From assembly GCA_905182185.1 (NCBI GenBank), contig CAJJAP010000003.1:14813-78812 (forward strand): a stretch of 64,000 bases of DNA, written 5' to 3'. This stretch comes from an uncultured Candidatus Poseidoniales archaeon (lineage in GTDB: Archaea > Thermoplasmatota > Poseidoniia > Poseidoniales > Poseidoniaceae). The notes below the pieces were generated by a model that was not told the DNA's origin, made no database searches, and worked only from the letters and a program-made list of their open reading frames with translations. Below, one piece after another: positions 20,830 to 31,200 of the stretch; the first letter of the stretch is position 1; every line of letters starts with the position of its first letter. Both the position numbers and the translations under genes were made by a program.

Positions 20830-22365
20830 TTGATTAATGCCAAACTGCCAATTCCGCCCCCGTATACTGTGGCAACTTCTAAAGAGAGGTGGCATTGCCA
20901 TACATCCATGGAACCATATACAATCATGATACTGATGATTGTAATACTTACTCCAATCATTTGCTGGTTGTTTACCCGACACCGTCCAGATATGAGGGTT
21001 CCTTGGCGTCAATGGGCCCGTACTTTTCATGACAAGAGATACTATGTCCACGCACTTGGATATATTGCCATCATCAAATGGAAGAAAATAACTGACACAA
21101 TAAATGAACCCATCAAAATGAAAACTGGGCATTGGACTGAGTTAGTATATTCTATTGAAGGTGATTTTACAAAATGGATTCAAGATGCTTTTCAAAATGA
21201 TGCATTAACAGATTTCCTCAACTTCCATTACCTATTCGTCTATCTATTCTTGATATATGTGACAACTGTTTACTTCGCATTTACTGATGATCGTGACATG
21301 GCGGATAAGGTTGCCTTGAACTATTTACTCATTTACGCTCTTGCAGTACCATACTACTTGTTTTTCAATGTCGAAGTAACTTCTTCTTGGATTCCTAATA
21401 TGGACGCTCTATTGTATCATGACGGCTGGTATAGTTCGTTCTATGCTTTGCATGACCCTCTGGATAATGCCGTGCCGAGTTTACATGTCGCAATTCCATT
21501 TGGTATCCTCTATCTCAATTACTTACATGTAAAAGAAAAGGGAATAAAAATGTCTGAGTGGCGCCACTGGCCGTACCATGTATTCATAGTGATAAACACC
21601 TTAATGTTCATTTTCACAATTCTCTATCTCGGGATTCACTGGTTTGTTGATATCCCACTCGGTATTATCATTGGTGGGATTGGTGCATTATTCATTCATC
21701 ACTTACAACCACGTCTTCGCAATGATTTCGGACCGATGTTCAAGGGAGTTACTAGAAAGAAAGTATGGCGACACGTATTTGCTGAAGGTGTTGCTGCTCT
21801 ATTGTTACTCACTGTAATTTTGATGTCTGTAAACATTCAGTCTGAAACAGTAGACTCAAGGGTTTCATATCAACTTGGAGCCGATGATTCTACATTTGAG
21901 ATTATTCAAGAATTTGAACCAGGCTCTAGCGTCTCGTCAAATCTAACCAATCTTCACGACAGTATTAGATTGGAGGTTGTTGTCCTCATTGTTGAAATGA
22001 GTGAGCCTGCAATGGAAGATGGGTCCATCGATTGGGAAATAATGAAGACTTTAGGAGACTATTATACTGTAGAACCACAATCAACTTTGATGCTTGAAAT
22101 AGATACCCCGAACAATTACCATCTCATCATTATGCACAACCCTGGCAATAGTAACGGCTCGAGCGAAAATGAAATTGTCCAAGTTCGCATCATCAATGAC
22201 TACCACGAAGATATAATGTGGAAAGCAGTATTACTTTCACTACCTTCTCTTTGGATTACAGGATTCGTAATCCACCGACTATACCGTTTGAAGAAATACA
22301 AGCGTAGTTTAATCGATTCAACTCCAAGTCACCTGTGGGAACAGGAGATAATTGAATCTGAGTAA
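20830..22365 (+). CDS. PAP2 superfamily (AUR1/IPC-synthase-like) membrane phosphatase/phosphotransferase
   Basis: NAVPSLHVA and YLGIHWFVD motifs; multiple TM helices; likely start ~20908. Confidence 0.75.
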   Translation: MINAKLPIPPPYTVATSKERWHCHTSMEPYTIMILMIVILTPIICWLFTRHRPDMRVPWRQWARTFHDKRYYVHALGYIAIIKWKKITDTINEPIKMKTGHWTELVYSIEGDFTKWIQDAFQNDALTDFLNFHYLFVYLFLIYVTTVYFAFTDDRDMADKVALNYLLIYALAVPYYLFFNVEVTSSWIPNMDALLYHDGWYSSFYALHDPLDNAVPSLHVAIPFGILYLNYLHVKEKGIKMSEWRHWPYHVFIVINTLMFIFTILYLGIHWFVDIPLGIIIGGIGALFIHHLQPRLRNDFGPMFKGVTRKKVWRHVFAEGVAALLLLTVILMSVNIQSETVDSRVSYQLGADDSTFEIIQEFEPGSSVSSNLTNLHDSIRLEVVVLIVEMSEPAMEDGSIDWEIMKTLGDYYTVEPQSTLMLEIDTPNNYHLIIMHNPGNSNGSSENEIVQVRIINDYHEDIMWKAVLLSLPSLWITGFVIHRLYRLKKYKRSLIDSTPSHLWEQEIIESE

Positions 22366-23171
22366 TGGTGAGATTATGTCAAATAGCGGTGACTTGGTAA
22401 GCGCTGTAGACGATTTGATGGATAGCCCTGGTGGGCTATTACTCAAACAATCAAGAGATTTCTTGAGGTCAAAAATTAAGATTATAGGATTTGTTTTCAT
22501 CCTCGGAATAATAATTGGATTCCCGATTACAAGACAATTGATCACTTGGCTAATAGAGCCGGGTAGATTACCAGATGGTGTAGAAATAATCGTTATTTCA
22601 CCAGTAGAATTCATCATGCTACAACTGCGTATTGCGATGAGTATCGGTATTTTTTTCGTCATTACGACATTGATTTATTTCGGGATATTTGAAGGACTGA
22701 AAGTCACCATCAGTGAAACAAAAGTTAGCAGAGTTAAATTATTCAATACCTAAAACGGCTCCAACCATTTTACTTACAACAATTGCAATTATCTTATTGT
22801 CAATTTCAGGCTTGTATTACTCGTGGGAATTATTGACCCCAATGCTGCTCGAGTACCTAACAACCGATGCACAAAGTGCAGGACTATCCACTGATTGGAG
22901 GTTATCTGGCTATGTTGGTTTCATTGCAAACTTGGCCATAGCATCTATTATTGGTTTCCAGGCACCTGTTGCTACATTGCTAATTTTACGATTTGGAGTT
23001 GTAGATAGAAGTCAAATCAAATTGTATCGACGCCATATTTGGTTTTCTTCCTTCGTGGTGGGGGCATTGTTTTCACCACCCGACCCTCTCAGTTTATTCT
23101 TGGTTGCAGTACCTATAATCCTGCTATTCGAAATAGCACTAATAATCGATACGTTCACCAGAGAACAATAA
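22352..23171 (+). CDS. tatC: Twin-arginine translocase TatC-like subunit, frameshift at ~22702
   Basis: ISPVEFIMLQLRIA in the first part; FQAPV, YRRH, FSPPDPLSLFLVAVPIILLFE in the second. Confidence 0.8.
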
Positions 23172-23174
23172 TGT

Positions 23175-24080
23175 TCAAATTATTTGCTCTGGTAAAGATG
23201 AACTCGGAACAGCCATATGACCTGGCCTCGCTTGGTAACTCGGGCCATGATAATCTGAACCACATGTTACTTTCAATCCTATTTTTTGAGCACCATTTAG
23301 CAATTCCATACGATATTTATCTGGGTGAGAACGATGGAAAGCCTCTACTGCATCAACTCCTACTTCTTTGAGAAAGGAAAGTAAATTACTGCTTTCTATC
23401 CCATAATAAATAGGGTGAGCTAATGAGCAGATTCCACCGGCTGCATGAATAACATTTACCGCTTCAATAATGGTCGGCTTTGTTTTTTCAACATTAGCAG
23501 GGCAACCATCTCCCAACCACTCATCAAATACTTGTTGCATCGAATCAGCATAGCCTTTTTCTATCATTTCCTTGGCTAAATGCGGCCTTCCAACTGCACC
23601 ACTAGAACGTGCCATTACAGCCTCAAAATCAATCTTCATTCCCAATCCATTAACTTTCTCAACCATCCGCTTCATTCTTCCAATCCGACCTTCAGCGAAT
23701 GGTTCTAACCACTTTCCAAAAGCAGTAATCGATTGTGAATTGATGTTGGGGTCATGAGTTGGAAAGTAGGCAAGTAAATGCCATGATGTCGTAGAACGAT
23801 CTCTTCCTTCTTTCTCAAGAATAGTGGATTGGGCAGGTAGACCAGGAATACAAGTAATTTCGACTCCAGGAATGAATCTTATTCCTCTTTGTTTTGCTTC
23901 CTCGCTTGCTTCTTTCCAGCCACTGATGACATCATGATCGGTCAAAGCCCAAACTTTAACCCCTTCTGATTCAATTTTTTGTGCCAGTTGCGACACACTC
24001 AATTCCCCATCGGAATGAGTTGAATGACCATGAAGGTCGTAGTGCTCACTCCATTGCATCATTACCAATCCTCCATTCAA
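23175..24080 (-). CDS. PHP domain metal-dependent phosphoesterase (TrpH/YciV-like)
   Basis: DLHGHSTHSDG, ALTDHD, GVEI, GRPHLA, LAHP, GSDYHG. Confidence 0.9.
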   Translation of the reverse strand: MNGGLVMMQWSEHYDLHGHSTHSDGELSVSQLAQKIESEGVKVWALTDHDVISGWKEASEEAKQRGIRFIPGVEITCIPGLPAQSTILEKEGRDRSTTSWHLLAYFPTHDPNINSQSITAFGKWLEPFAEGRIGRMKRMVEKVNGLGMKIDFEAVMARSSGAVGRPHLAKEMIEKGYADSMQQVFDEWLGDGCPANVEKTKPTIIEAVNVIHAAGGICSLAHPIYYGIESSNLLSFLKEVGVDAVEAFHRSHPDKYRMELLNGAQKIGLKVTCGSDYHGPSYQARPGHMAVPSSSLPEQII

Positions 24081-24100
24081 ACGTTTTTCAAGTTATATCA

Positions 24101-24985
24101 TTAGAATAGATCATCTAAGTCTGGTAATTCGGGAGAAGGAGTGGCAATGACTGTAACTGCTGGTGGTAACTCTTGATGTGATTCTGAAACAATTTCGGGC
24201 AATTCGGGAAGCATTGGTAGTAAGTTTTCTAAATCCGATGTCGGATTTTGTTCAAGGTCACTACTTTCTTCAAATGTTTCATCCAATGGAGGAAGGGTAG
24301 AAAATAGTTCATCCAAATCCGGTAACGGGACATGAGCAATTCCTTCACTGACGAAAACACGGTCTACTTCCAATCCGGGAGCAATCGGGGTGAGTATTTG
24401 CTCTGGATCTTCATGGGGCAATGCGATTCTCTCTACATTCACTCTCGACGGTTGGTTTTCGATAACTTGTGCTAGCTCCATTGTTGCCTCAACTGGTTGT
24501 TGATTGATCTGTTGAGTAGGCGCTTCAACTACCTTCTGAACCGGTGCCAATACTATCGGTTGTGCACTATCTACAATACCCAATACACCTATTGCGTGCT
24601 CAATGTTTTGCTGCTCAGCAGTTTCCGATTGGCCAAGAATAGAATTGATTATGGCAGATGTTTGAGGACTAGAGCCAACTGTCTCAAATCCATATTGGTC
24701 CATTGAGGTTGTTGAAGATGAACGAACTTTTGTTGGCATGTCCTCGAATGATTGGATTTGTTGCTCGGATGTCAACTTTGTATCAAATTGTGGAATTTCT
24801 TTTTCCTTACTGGCCCACCATGCAATTGCTGCCACAGTGATTGCTGCCCCAAGAATAGCGCTTTCCTCAACCTTCCAACCAGCATTGCCAATTAGATTCC
24901 ATTTTAAATTAGCAATTACAACTGCGCCGAGGATGACGGTGATTATTCTAGCAATAATCACAAGACGAGGGGCTCTGTGGTCCAT
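24101..24985 (-). CDS. Hypothetical protein, two N-terminal TM helices and a Pro/acidic disordered tail
   Basis: 294-aa ORF; repeated LPDLD[ED]LF motif. Confidence 0.65.
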   Translation of the reverse strand: MDHRAPRLVIIARIITVILGAVVIANLKWNLIGNAGWKVEESAILGAAITVAAIAWWASKEKEIPQFDTKLTSEQQIQSFEDMPTKVRSSSTTSMDQYGFETVGSSPQTSAIINSILGQSETAEQQNIEHAIGVLGIVDSAQPIVLAPVQKVVEAPTQQINQQPVEATMELAQVIENQPSRVNVERIALPHEDPEQILTPIAPGLEVDRVFVSEGIAHVPLPDLDELFSTLPPLDETFEESSDLEQNPTSDLENLLPMLPELPEIVSESHQELPPAVTVIATPSPELPDLDDLF

Positions 24986-25036
24986 GCTATCAATGCGATA
25001 CGGTAAGACTGAACCTAAGAGGGTTTTCCACCGCTA

Positions 25037-25906
25037 TTAATTCATCTCTGCCGCACGTACAGTATTTTCCATCAACATTGCAATTGTCATTGGTCCAACT
25101 CCGCCTGGGACAGGGGATAACCATGCAGCCTTATTCGCTACACTTGAATCAACATCTCCTGTCAATCTCCAGCCTCTGTCACGTGTTGTATCATCAACGC
25201 GATTAATACCAACATCGACTACGACCGCACCTGCTTTTATCCAATCAGCAGTAACCATTTCGGCTCTACCTACAGCAGCGATTAGAATATCTGCTTTTGA
25301 GCAAACTTCTCTGCTATCAACTGTTCTTGAGTGAGCGATTGTAACAGTGCAATCCACACCTTTGGCTCCAAGTAGCAAAGCCATAGGGTTACCGACGATT
25401 CGCGAGCGACCGAGAACCACTGCATTTTTTCCCGAGGTCTCAATTCCTGCCCACTTCAGCATACGCATTACTCCACTTGGAGTGCAAGGCAACATACCAT
25501 CCATCCGTCCTTGGACCAAGCGTCCAAGGTTTTCTGGATGAAAACCATCAACATCTTTGCTTGGTGAAATTAAATCGGTTAAACCTTCTTCATCCATATG
25601 TTTTGGAAGGGGTGATTGAACCAAAATACCATGTAATGATTTATCGGCATTTAGTTCATTGATGATATCTCTTACTTCGTTTTCAGTACTGTCACTTGGT
25701 AATTCGATATGAGTTGATTTGATTCCCAATCTTTCACAGGCCTTTACTTTGGAGTTGACATATACATGAGACGCTGGATCATTTCCTACTATCAATACTG
25801 CAAGATGCGGATTTACTCCTGCCTGCTTTAGAGTAGAAATACGTACATGGAGTTCTTCCTCAACACTCGCTGCGCAAGCCTTGCCGTCAAGACGCTGTGC
25901 TACCAT
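25037..25906 (-). CDS. folD: Methylenetetrahydrofolate dehydrogenase/cyclohydrolase
   Basis: LDGK, GILVQSPLP, KDVDGFHP, PCTPSG, GRSRIVG, PVPGGVGPMT. Confidence 0.95.
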   Translation of the reverse strand: MVAQRLDGKACAASVEEELHVRISTLKQAGVNPHLAVLIVGNDPASHVYVNSKVKACERLGIKSTHIELPSDSTENEVRDIINELNADKSLHGILVQSPLPKHMDEEGLTDLISPSKDVDGFHPENLGRLVQGRMDGMLPCTPSGVMRMLKWAGIETSGKNAVVLGRSRIVGNPMALLLGAKGVDCTVTIAHSRTVDSREVCSKADILIAAVGRAEMVTADWIKAGAVVVDVGINRVDDTTRDRGWRLTGDVDSSVANKAAWLSPVPGGVGPMTIAMLMENTVRAAEMN

Positions 25907-26036
25907 GTAGGGGGCTGTCGCTACACCTTCTTTGAGGATTCGCTTTACGGTGCTCAATCATCAACAACTGTTCTGTACGAACTGCATGTGTAATCTGTAC
26001 TGAAATCAAAGGCACAATGCTGAGGCTTTGACAGAA

Positions 26037-26062
26037 TGAACAGAATCGTCAAATTCTGTTCA
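26037..26062. terminator. Perfect 10-bp inverted repeat at the end of the 26060-26830 gene
   Basis: TGAACAGAAT-cgtcaa-ATTCTGTTCA; terminator function is only inferred. Confidence 0.35.
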
Positions 26063-26830
26063 AGAACTATCGTCTGAATAGAAAATTGAAACTGATTGCT
26101 GCACAGAAATATAATCCTGCCCATCTTCATAATTGATTCTTAATTCATGGGCGAGATACGTGCTGAAATGAAGAGTGTCCCAAGTCACCGATTCACCATC
26201 ATTCACCTGACTGCTTTTACTCTGACAGACATCGTTGTACTCATCGGCAATGTTCCACGAGATTTCAACAGACCGTCCACCAACCCCAACTCCATCAAGA
26301 AGAGTTGGGTTTTCAATGGTCGAGTTGATGACGACAAACAGTGGTTTCACACCACCATTGGCTGGGTTCGGATTGTACATCAATGTTTGAGGTTCATTTG
26401 TGTTTGATTCAATCCAGTCGATACGCAAATCGATTTGAATGTCAAGTGAAGTGTTGAGTTGCAAGTTTGAAGCATCGACCACATAGGCAGTAATGTTGTA
26501 GATTCCATGTTCAAAGAATTCGATTGAAACGGTCGAACTTGTTGAAGCATCCGTTGTAACAGGGGTGCTCCCATCCATAAGGTCAATACCGAAAGTCATC
26601 AAACTATTCTTGCTCGTTGTCTTTGAGAAATCAAAATCGATGCTCACGTTTGACCAAGACACTTGTTCACCCTCGGAGTACGACTCAACGACAGTCCCCT
26701 TCATTGTGCTTGCTTCGACGATGAGTTCGAACTTCGATTCATCTTCACTTTGGGCCAAGCAGCCAACAAGGCTGGATGAACAGAGTAGAAGAACCAACAC
26801 TGAACTGGCTCTCCACATACCCTTACTCAC
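26060..26830 (-). CDS. Putative lipoprotein with PKD/Ig-like beta domains
   Basis: Signal peptide ending LVGC; FDFSKT and HGIYNITAYVVD beta-rich motifs. Confidence 0.6.
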   Translation of the reverse strand: MSKGMWRASSVLVLLLCSSSLVGCLAQSEDESKFELIVEASTMKGTVVESYSEGEQVSWSNVSIDFDFSKTTSKNSLMTFGIDLMDGSTPVTTDASTSSTVSIEFFEHGIYNITAYVVDASNLQLNTSLDIQIDLRIDWIESNTNEPQTLMYNPNPANGGVKPLFVVINSTIENPTLLDGVGVGGRSVEISWNIADEYNDVCQSKSSQVNDGESVTWDTLHFSTYLAHELRINYEDGQDYISVQQSVSIFYSDDSS

Positions 26831-26999
26831 CTGCAGTTGGTATAAAAAATGGATTCATCCACTGAAGTCAACTATCCCAAGACATCATGTCAGTAATTCA
26901 GTTTGTGCTAAACATGGAACTCGGATGAGAATAAAAAGAAAGCATAAGAATCCGTCAACTTGGAATTCTCGGATTTATCGCTCAACGCGAATGATAAGG

Positions 27000-27072
27000 A
27001 GCCTGCGGAGGGACTCGAACCCCCGGCCTTCGGATTACAAATCCGATGCACTACCAGCTATGCTACACAGGC
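27000..27072 (-). tRNA. tRNA-Thr(UGU)
   Basis: GCCTGTG acceptor stem, TCGGA-TTTGTAA-TCCGA anticodon arm, GGTTCGAGTCC T-loop; no intron. Confidence 0.95.
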
Positions 27073-27237
27073 GACAAGATGGGCGAGTTGCCTCTCCTTC
27101 TTGAATAAAGTGGTTGCAATAGTTGTAAGGAATTGCTGTTGATTGGAAAAGTTATTATCAAAAGTGTCCCTTTTCCCTACTTCCTTAACTACTAACGGAA
27201 GAGGCAACTCAAAGAGGATGTCTGCATTGGGCGGGAT

Positions 27238-28521
27238 ATGGACGAAGATGCAGGAGTTGGATTGCTGAACCCATATGCCCAATCCAAAGTCGGAAACGAT
27301 ACTATTTTTGGTTGGTGGGCTCGTTTCCAAGAAGCGGTTGCTTCAGGTGCTGATGCAGTAAACGGAACTATTGGCGCACTATTGGAAGACGATGGGTCAT
27401 TAGCGATTAATCAAGTCGTAGATGCGGCTGTCCGTCAAGCACCACCGGTTGAGATAGCTGCTTATGCCCCACTCAAAGGATTACCAGCATTTCTAGACCT
27501 AGCCGTTACACTTGCACTCGGGGAAAACCGCACTGAATTAGAAGAGATTGGAATCACCACTACTGCCACTGCTACACCTGGTGGTTCAGGGGCACTATAT
27601 CTTGCAGCAGCAAACTTTGCAAATAGAGGTGATAAGGTTCTGCTAAGGGATAGACATTGGGGACCTTACGAGGGATTCCTCAACGGTTGCGGTTTGTCCT
27701 ACACAAATTATCCACTATTACCATCTACAGGTTCGGATTTGCCGTATGTTGATATTGCAGGTTTCAAATCAGAATTGACAAAGTTATGCCAAGTACAAGA
27801 CAAAGTAATGACTTGGCTAAATGATCCTGCTCACAATCCGACAGGTTTGTCGATGACAGCGGATGGAAGAATGGCCTTCTTAGATGCGTTTATGGAAAGT
27901 GCTAACGCCAATGAGAATGTTGGTCACACACTACTCTTAGATGCTGCATACCATCTCTATGCCGATGAACCTCATGGCTGGGCTGAAACTATTATTGAGG
28001 CTCTTAACAATGGAATGCCATGGCCTGAAAATTTATTGATTACAATTGCAGTATCTCTATCAAAATCACATACAATATATGGTTTGAGAACTGGCGCCCT
28101 TGTCAGTTTACACCCGGACTCTGCTGTCACTGAACGGATTGGTACAGTGATGGGAGTGACTGGTCGACAAACTTGGTCAGCAGCACCCCGTATTGCACAA
28201 TATACCGTTAGCACAATGCATGCAGATGAACAATCTGGTGCAGCATGGGCTAAAGAAAGAGACCGATTGAGAGATCTATTGGTCACTCGCAGAACTGCGC
28301 TAAATGAAGCCTGTTCCAAACTAGGAGTTCCACTCAATCCAACAATGGATGGATTCTTTGCATGGATAGAAAGCGATGACCCTGCTGCACTTGCAGAAGC
28401 ATGTGCAGATCAGGATGTGTACCTAGTTCCACTTACTGGAGGAGTGCGCATTGGCCTATGTGCAGTTCCTCTCTCACAAATACCACGAGTTGCTGAAGCA
28501 TTGGCCAATGCTCTGGCATAG
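27238..28521 (+). CDS. Class I/II PLP aminotransferase (aspartate/aromatic aminotransferase-like)
   Basis: NGTIG, TPGGSGAL, NDPAHNPTG, LDAAY, SLSKSHTIYGLRTG. Confidence 0.88.
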   Translation: MDEDAGVGLLNPYAQSKVGNDTIFGWWARFQEAVASGADAVNGTIGALLEDDGSLAINQVVDAAVRQAPPVEIAAYAPLKGLPAFLDLAVTLALGENRTELEEIGITTTATATPGGSGALYLAAANFANRGDKVLLRDRHWGPYEGFLNGCGLSYTNYPLLPSTGSDLPYVDIAGFKSELTKLCQVQDKVMTWLNDPAHNPTGLSMTADGRMAFLDAFMESANANENVGHTLLLDAAYHLYADEPHGWAETIIEALNNGMPWPENLLITIAVSLSKSHTIYGLRTGALVSLHPDSAVTERIGTVMGVTGRQTWSAAPRIAQYTVSTMHADEQSGAAWAKERDRLRDLLVTRRTALNEACSKLGVPLNPTMDGFFAWIESDDPAALAEACADQDVYLVPLTGGVRIGLCAVPLSQIPRVAEALANALA

Positions 28522-28534
28522 AGGAGGTGAATAG

Positions 28535-28912
28535 ATGCGTAACCCACGTGAAAATTTTATTCTTTCAGGAATTATCTGTATTGTTTTTGGAGCGTTCTTT
28601 TCAGTGGCAGGAATATTTACCCTCGCAGGTACAATCGGTATTAGCGGACTGTTATTATTCATCATTGGAATGAGTACCAAAAGTGATTATAGCATGTCAA
28701 AGAAAGAAATCAGAGAATGGCTTCCCAGCAGTGAAGGAATGCCGGAGGCTGGACGAGTGATGTACAGAGTTGACACTACAATTGATAAGCCTATTACGAC
28801 ATCAATTCTCTGCGGTTCTTGCGCCCATATCGAAGTGGTAAGTGGAAAAAGACCTCAAACATACACATGTGTTTCATGCGAAAGATTCCTTTGGCTAGAT
28901 GAAGAAGAATGA
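28535..28912 (+). CDS. Small membrane protein with C-terminal Zn ribbon
   Basis: Two TM helices, CGSC...CVSC; RBS GGAGGTGA. Confidence 0.75.
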   Translation: MRNPRENFILSGIICIVFGAFFSVAGIFTLAGTIGISGLLLFIIGMSTKSDYSMSKKEIREWLPSSEGMPEAGRVMYRVDTTIDKPITTSILCGSCAHIEVVSGKRPQTYTCVSCERFLWLDEEE

Positions 28913-29012
28913 GTTATAGATTCAATTGAGAACTTTGTAAACATCTGCAATTGGTGCAAAGTGTACTATTAGCAACCGATTAATTGAAGGCGGTGGTTCA
29001 ATTGCAAAAGTC

Positions 29013-30497
29013 ATGGAAGGGCATGCGCTACTCAATACCGAGCGTCGCATGCTAGGCGTCATCCAAGGTGATCCTGCCAAGAAATGGACTCTCGAAGAGA
29101 TATTACAAGCGTGTAATTGGCAGGACCAAGCGATTGCCGTTACTGCTGGACATGGCTTAACCAACAAGAAGTTAGCCAAAACAAAAGAAACTTCTTCAAT
29201 TCAGATTAGATTAGCTAAAGAAGGTTCTAATGCAATCGCAAATGGATTGTTAGAAGCAAGATTATGGAATTGGATTTGTTCAACCGATGAAGCAACGATG
29301 CAAAATTTACAACAATCTTTTGAACGTCATGAAGCAGGTTCTGGTATTGGTTTGTTGAAGAGATTGGGTGTTAGCCTTGAGGCTGGCAAGTTTGTCGTGG
29401 CAGATGCGGATTCAGTTAATGCTGCAATAACCAAGAGAAGCGAATTCATTGCATTACTTCCGGCTTTAGAACAATCTCTTGATAGCGAGTTATTAGAACA
29501 TTTCAAGAGTCGTCGTAATCTGGTTGAAAGTGTAATTACAACTTCAAGAAAGTGGAATGTTACTATCGCTGGCAATGCAGTAAGTCCGCAACAGTTGCAA
29601 GAGAGCGAGATGGTTAGCGAAATTACTACCGAATTATTACAAAGTGAAAATTGGCGTGACGCCGATTACCGTGCCTTCGATGTAACATTACAGTCCTCTA
29701 CACCGGCGAGTGGCCGTAGTCATCCAATGCAGGCATTAATTGAGCGCATCCGTAGCACCTTCTTGGAGATGGGCTTCTCAGAAATTGTAGATGATTATGT
29801 GCAGACTGCAGGGTGGAATATGGATGCATTATTTATTCCTCAAGACCACCCAGCAAGAGAGATGCAAGACACATTTTACTTAGACAATCCAGCAGAGATT
29901 GACATTCCTCAAAATATCCTTGATGCATGGCAGGAAATACATCTCAATGGAGGAGAAACAGGTTCGACCGGTTGGGGAGGAAGTTACTCCAACGAGGTTA
30001 GTAAGCGCGGATTGTTGAGAACTCACACAACGGTTAATACAATTCAGTATCTTTCACGCAATCCAGACAAGGCATGTCGTGTTTTCGCAGTTGACAGAGT
30101 ATTCCGCAAGGAAGCAATAGACAGAACCCACTTACCAGAGTTCCATCAAATAGAAGGGATCATAATGGAAGAAGGGGCTAATTTACAAATGTTAGTCACC
30201 ACTCTCAAAACATTCTATGCCAAGATGGGTTGTCCAGAAGTTAGAGTTCGCCCTGCTTATTTCCCATATACTGAACCAAGCCTAGAAGTCGAGGTAAAGT
30301 GGAAAGGAAATTGGCTCGAATTGGGTGGAGCAGGTATTCTACGCCCTGAAGTAACCGAGCCACTAGGAATCACAACCCCAGTACTAGCTTGGGGAATGGG
30401 ATTAGAACGATTAGCAATGTTGGTTCTAGGACTAGATGATATTCGTCAATTATATATTTCCGATTTGGAATGGCTAAGAAATCAGCCTATTCTTTAA
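29013..30497 (+). CDS. pheS: Phenylalanine--tRNA ligase alpha subunit (archaeal type)
   Basis: N-terminal extension; WNMDALFIPQDHPAREMQDTFY, HLPEFHQIEG, YFPYTEPS, WGMGLERL. Confidence 0.97.
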   Translation: MEGHALLNTERRMLGVIQGDPAKKWTLEEILQACNWQDQAIAVTAGHGLTNKKLAKTKETSSIQIRLAKEGSNAIANGLLEARLWNWICSTDEATMQNLQQSFERHEAGSGIGLLKRLGVSLEAGKFVVADADSVNAAITKRSEFIALLPALEQSLDSELLEHFKSRRNLVESVITTSRKWNVTIAGNAVSPQQLQESEMVSEITTELLQSENWRDADYRAFDVTLQSSTPASGRSHPMQALIERIRSTFLEMGFSEIVDDYVQTAGWNMDALFIPQDHPAREMQDTFYLDNPAEIDIPQNILDAWQEIHLNGGETGSTGWGGSYSNEVSKRGLLRTHTTVNTIQYLSRNPDKACRVFAVDRVFRKEAIDRTHLPEFHQIEGIIMEEGANLQMLVTTLKTFYAKMGCPEVRVRPAYFPYTEPSLEVEVKWKGNWLELGGAGILRPEVTEPLGITTPVLAWGMGLERLAMLVLGLDDIRQLYISDLEWLRNQPIL

Positions 30498-30619
30498 GAT
30501 TACTGGGTCACCTAAAAGTGACACAAAGATGATTTGAAACGAGTAGAATAATCCTTACTGAAAACACCTTATTTTAGCACCATGTAGCAATTAATACTCA
30601 AGCACACATACCATCATAA

Positions 30620-30662
30620 AAAACGCTCACAGTAAGCGCTTTTGTAGTTGTTTCTTTATATA
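30620..30662 (+). promoter_or_regulatory. Putative promoter: TATA box with upstream imperfect inverted repeat
   Basis: TTTATATA at 30655-30662; AAAACGCT...AGCGCTTTT at 30620-30643. Confidence 0.45.
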
Positions 30663-30714
30663 CCATTGAATGCATAAACTTGTGTACAAGAAGGTACAAA
30701 AGGGGAACATAAAT

Positions 30715-31200
30715 ATGGACGATAAAATTAGACAATACGAAGTAAACGGAGACCAGAAATTGACACTACCATTGTTGTCAATACATCAATTAGAGATCGC
30801 GACAGATGATGAAGCGGTTCAATATGTGAAAGAAGTAATTCATGATGAGCATTCATATGGATATCCATTAGTTGAAATGTACAAAAAGAATGGAATAATC
30901 TTACATCCAATCGATGCTACTAATGCGCATGTGTTATTGATAATTAACAAGCGCTCAGTTTTGAATACACTTGCGATTTTCAATCACGTATACAATCGAA
31001 TTGGTTATAATTTGATAATCGATGGATCAACCGTACTTCGTTCGCCATTTCCTAGTGCCTCAGATGACTCAAAGGAGGAGATGTCCGAACAATTACCACC
31101 TCAAGGTGAATCAAGGGATGAAAGTTCAAAAGAGGACTTTACTCAAAGTGTCAATCCTGAACAACTCAAGACCGATGTTGTTGGTATGGAGGTGGCTTGA
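30715..31200 (+). CDS. Hypothetical protein (ORF open from 30670)
   Basis: AGGGGA before ATG 30715; its 3' end carries the GGAGGTG RBS of the next gene. Confidence 0.6.
   Translation: MDDKIRQYEVNGDQKLTLPLLSIHQLEIATDDEAVQYVKEVIHDEHSYGYPLVEMYKKNGIILHPIDATNAHVLLIINKRSVLNTLAIFNHVYNRIGYNLIIDGSTVLRSPFPSASDDSKEEMSEQLPPQGESRDESSKEDFTQSVNPEQLKTDVVGMEVA

Noticed and set aside
22700-22755. Split tatC as a programmed frameshift or a two-gene system
   Set aside because: No convincing slippery site or structure; it matches the window-wide indel pattern
26565-27330. ORFs overlapping tRNA-Thr (26565-27104, 26960-27142, 27058-27330)
   Set aside because: They overlap a clear tRNA and real genes and show no protein motifs
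30525-30545. GATTTGAA as an att-site copy of the tRNA-Ala 3' end
   Set aside because: Only an 8-bp match, expected by chance, and no integrase is present
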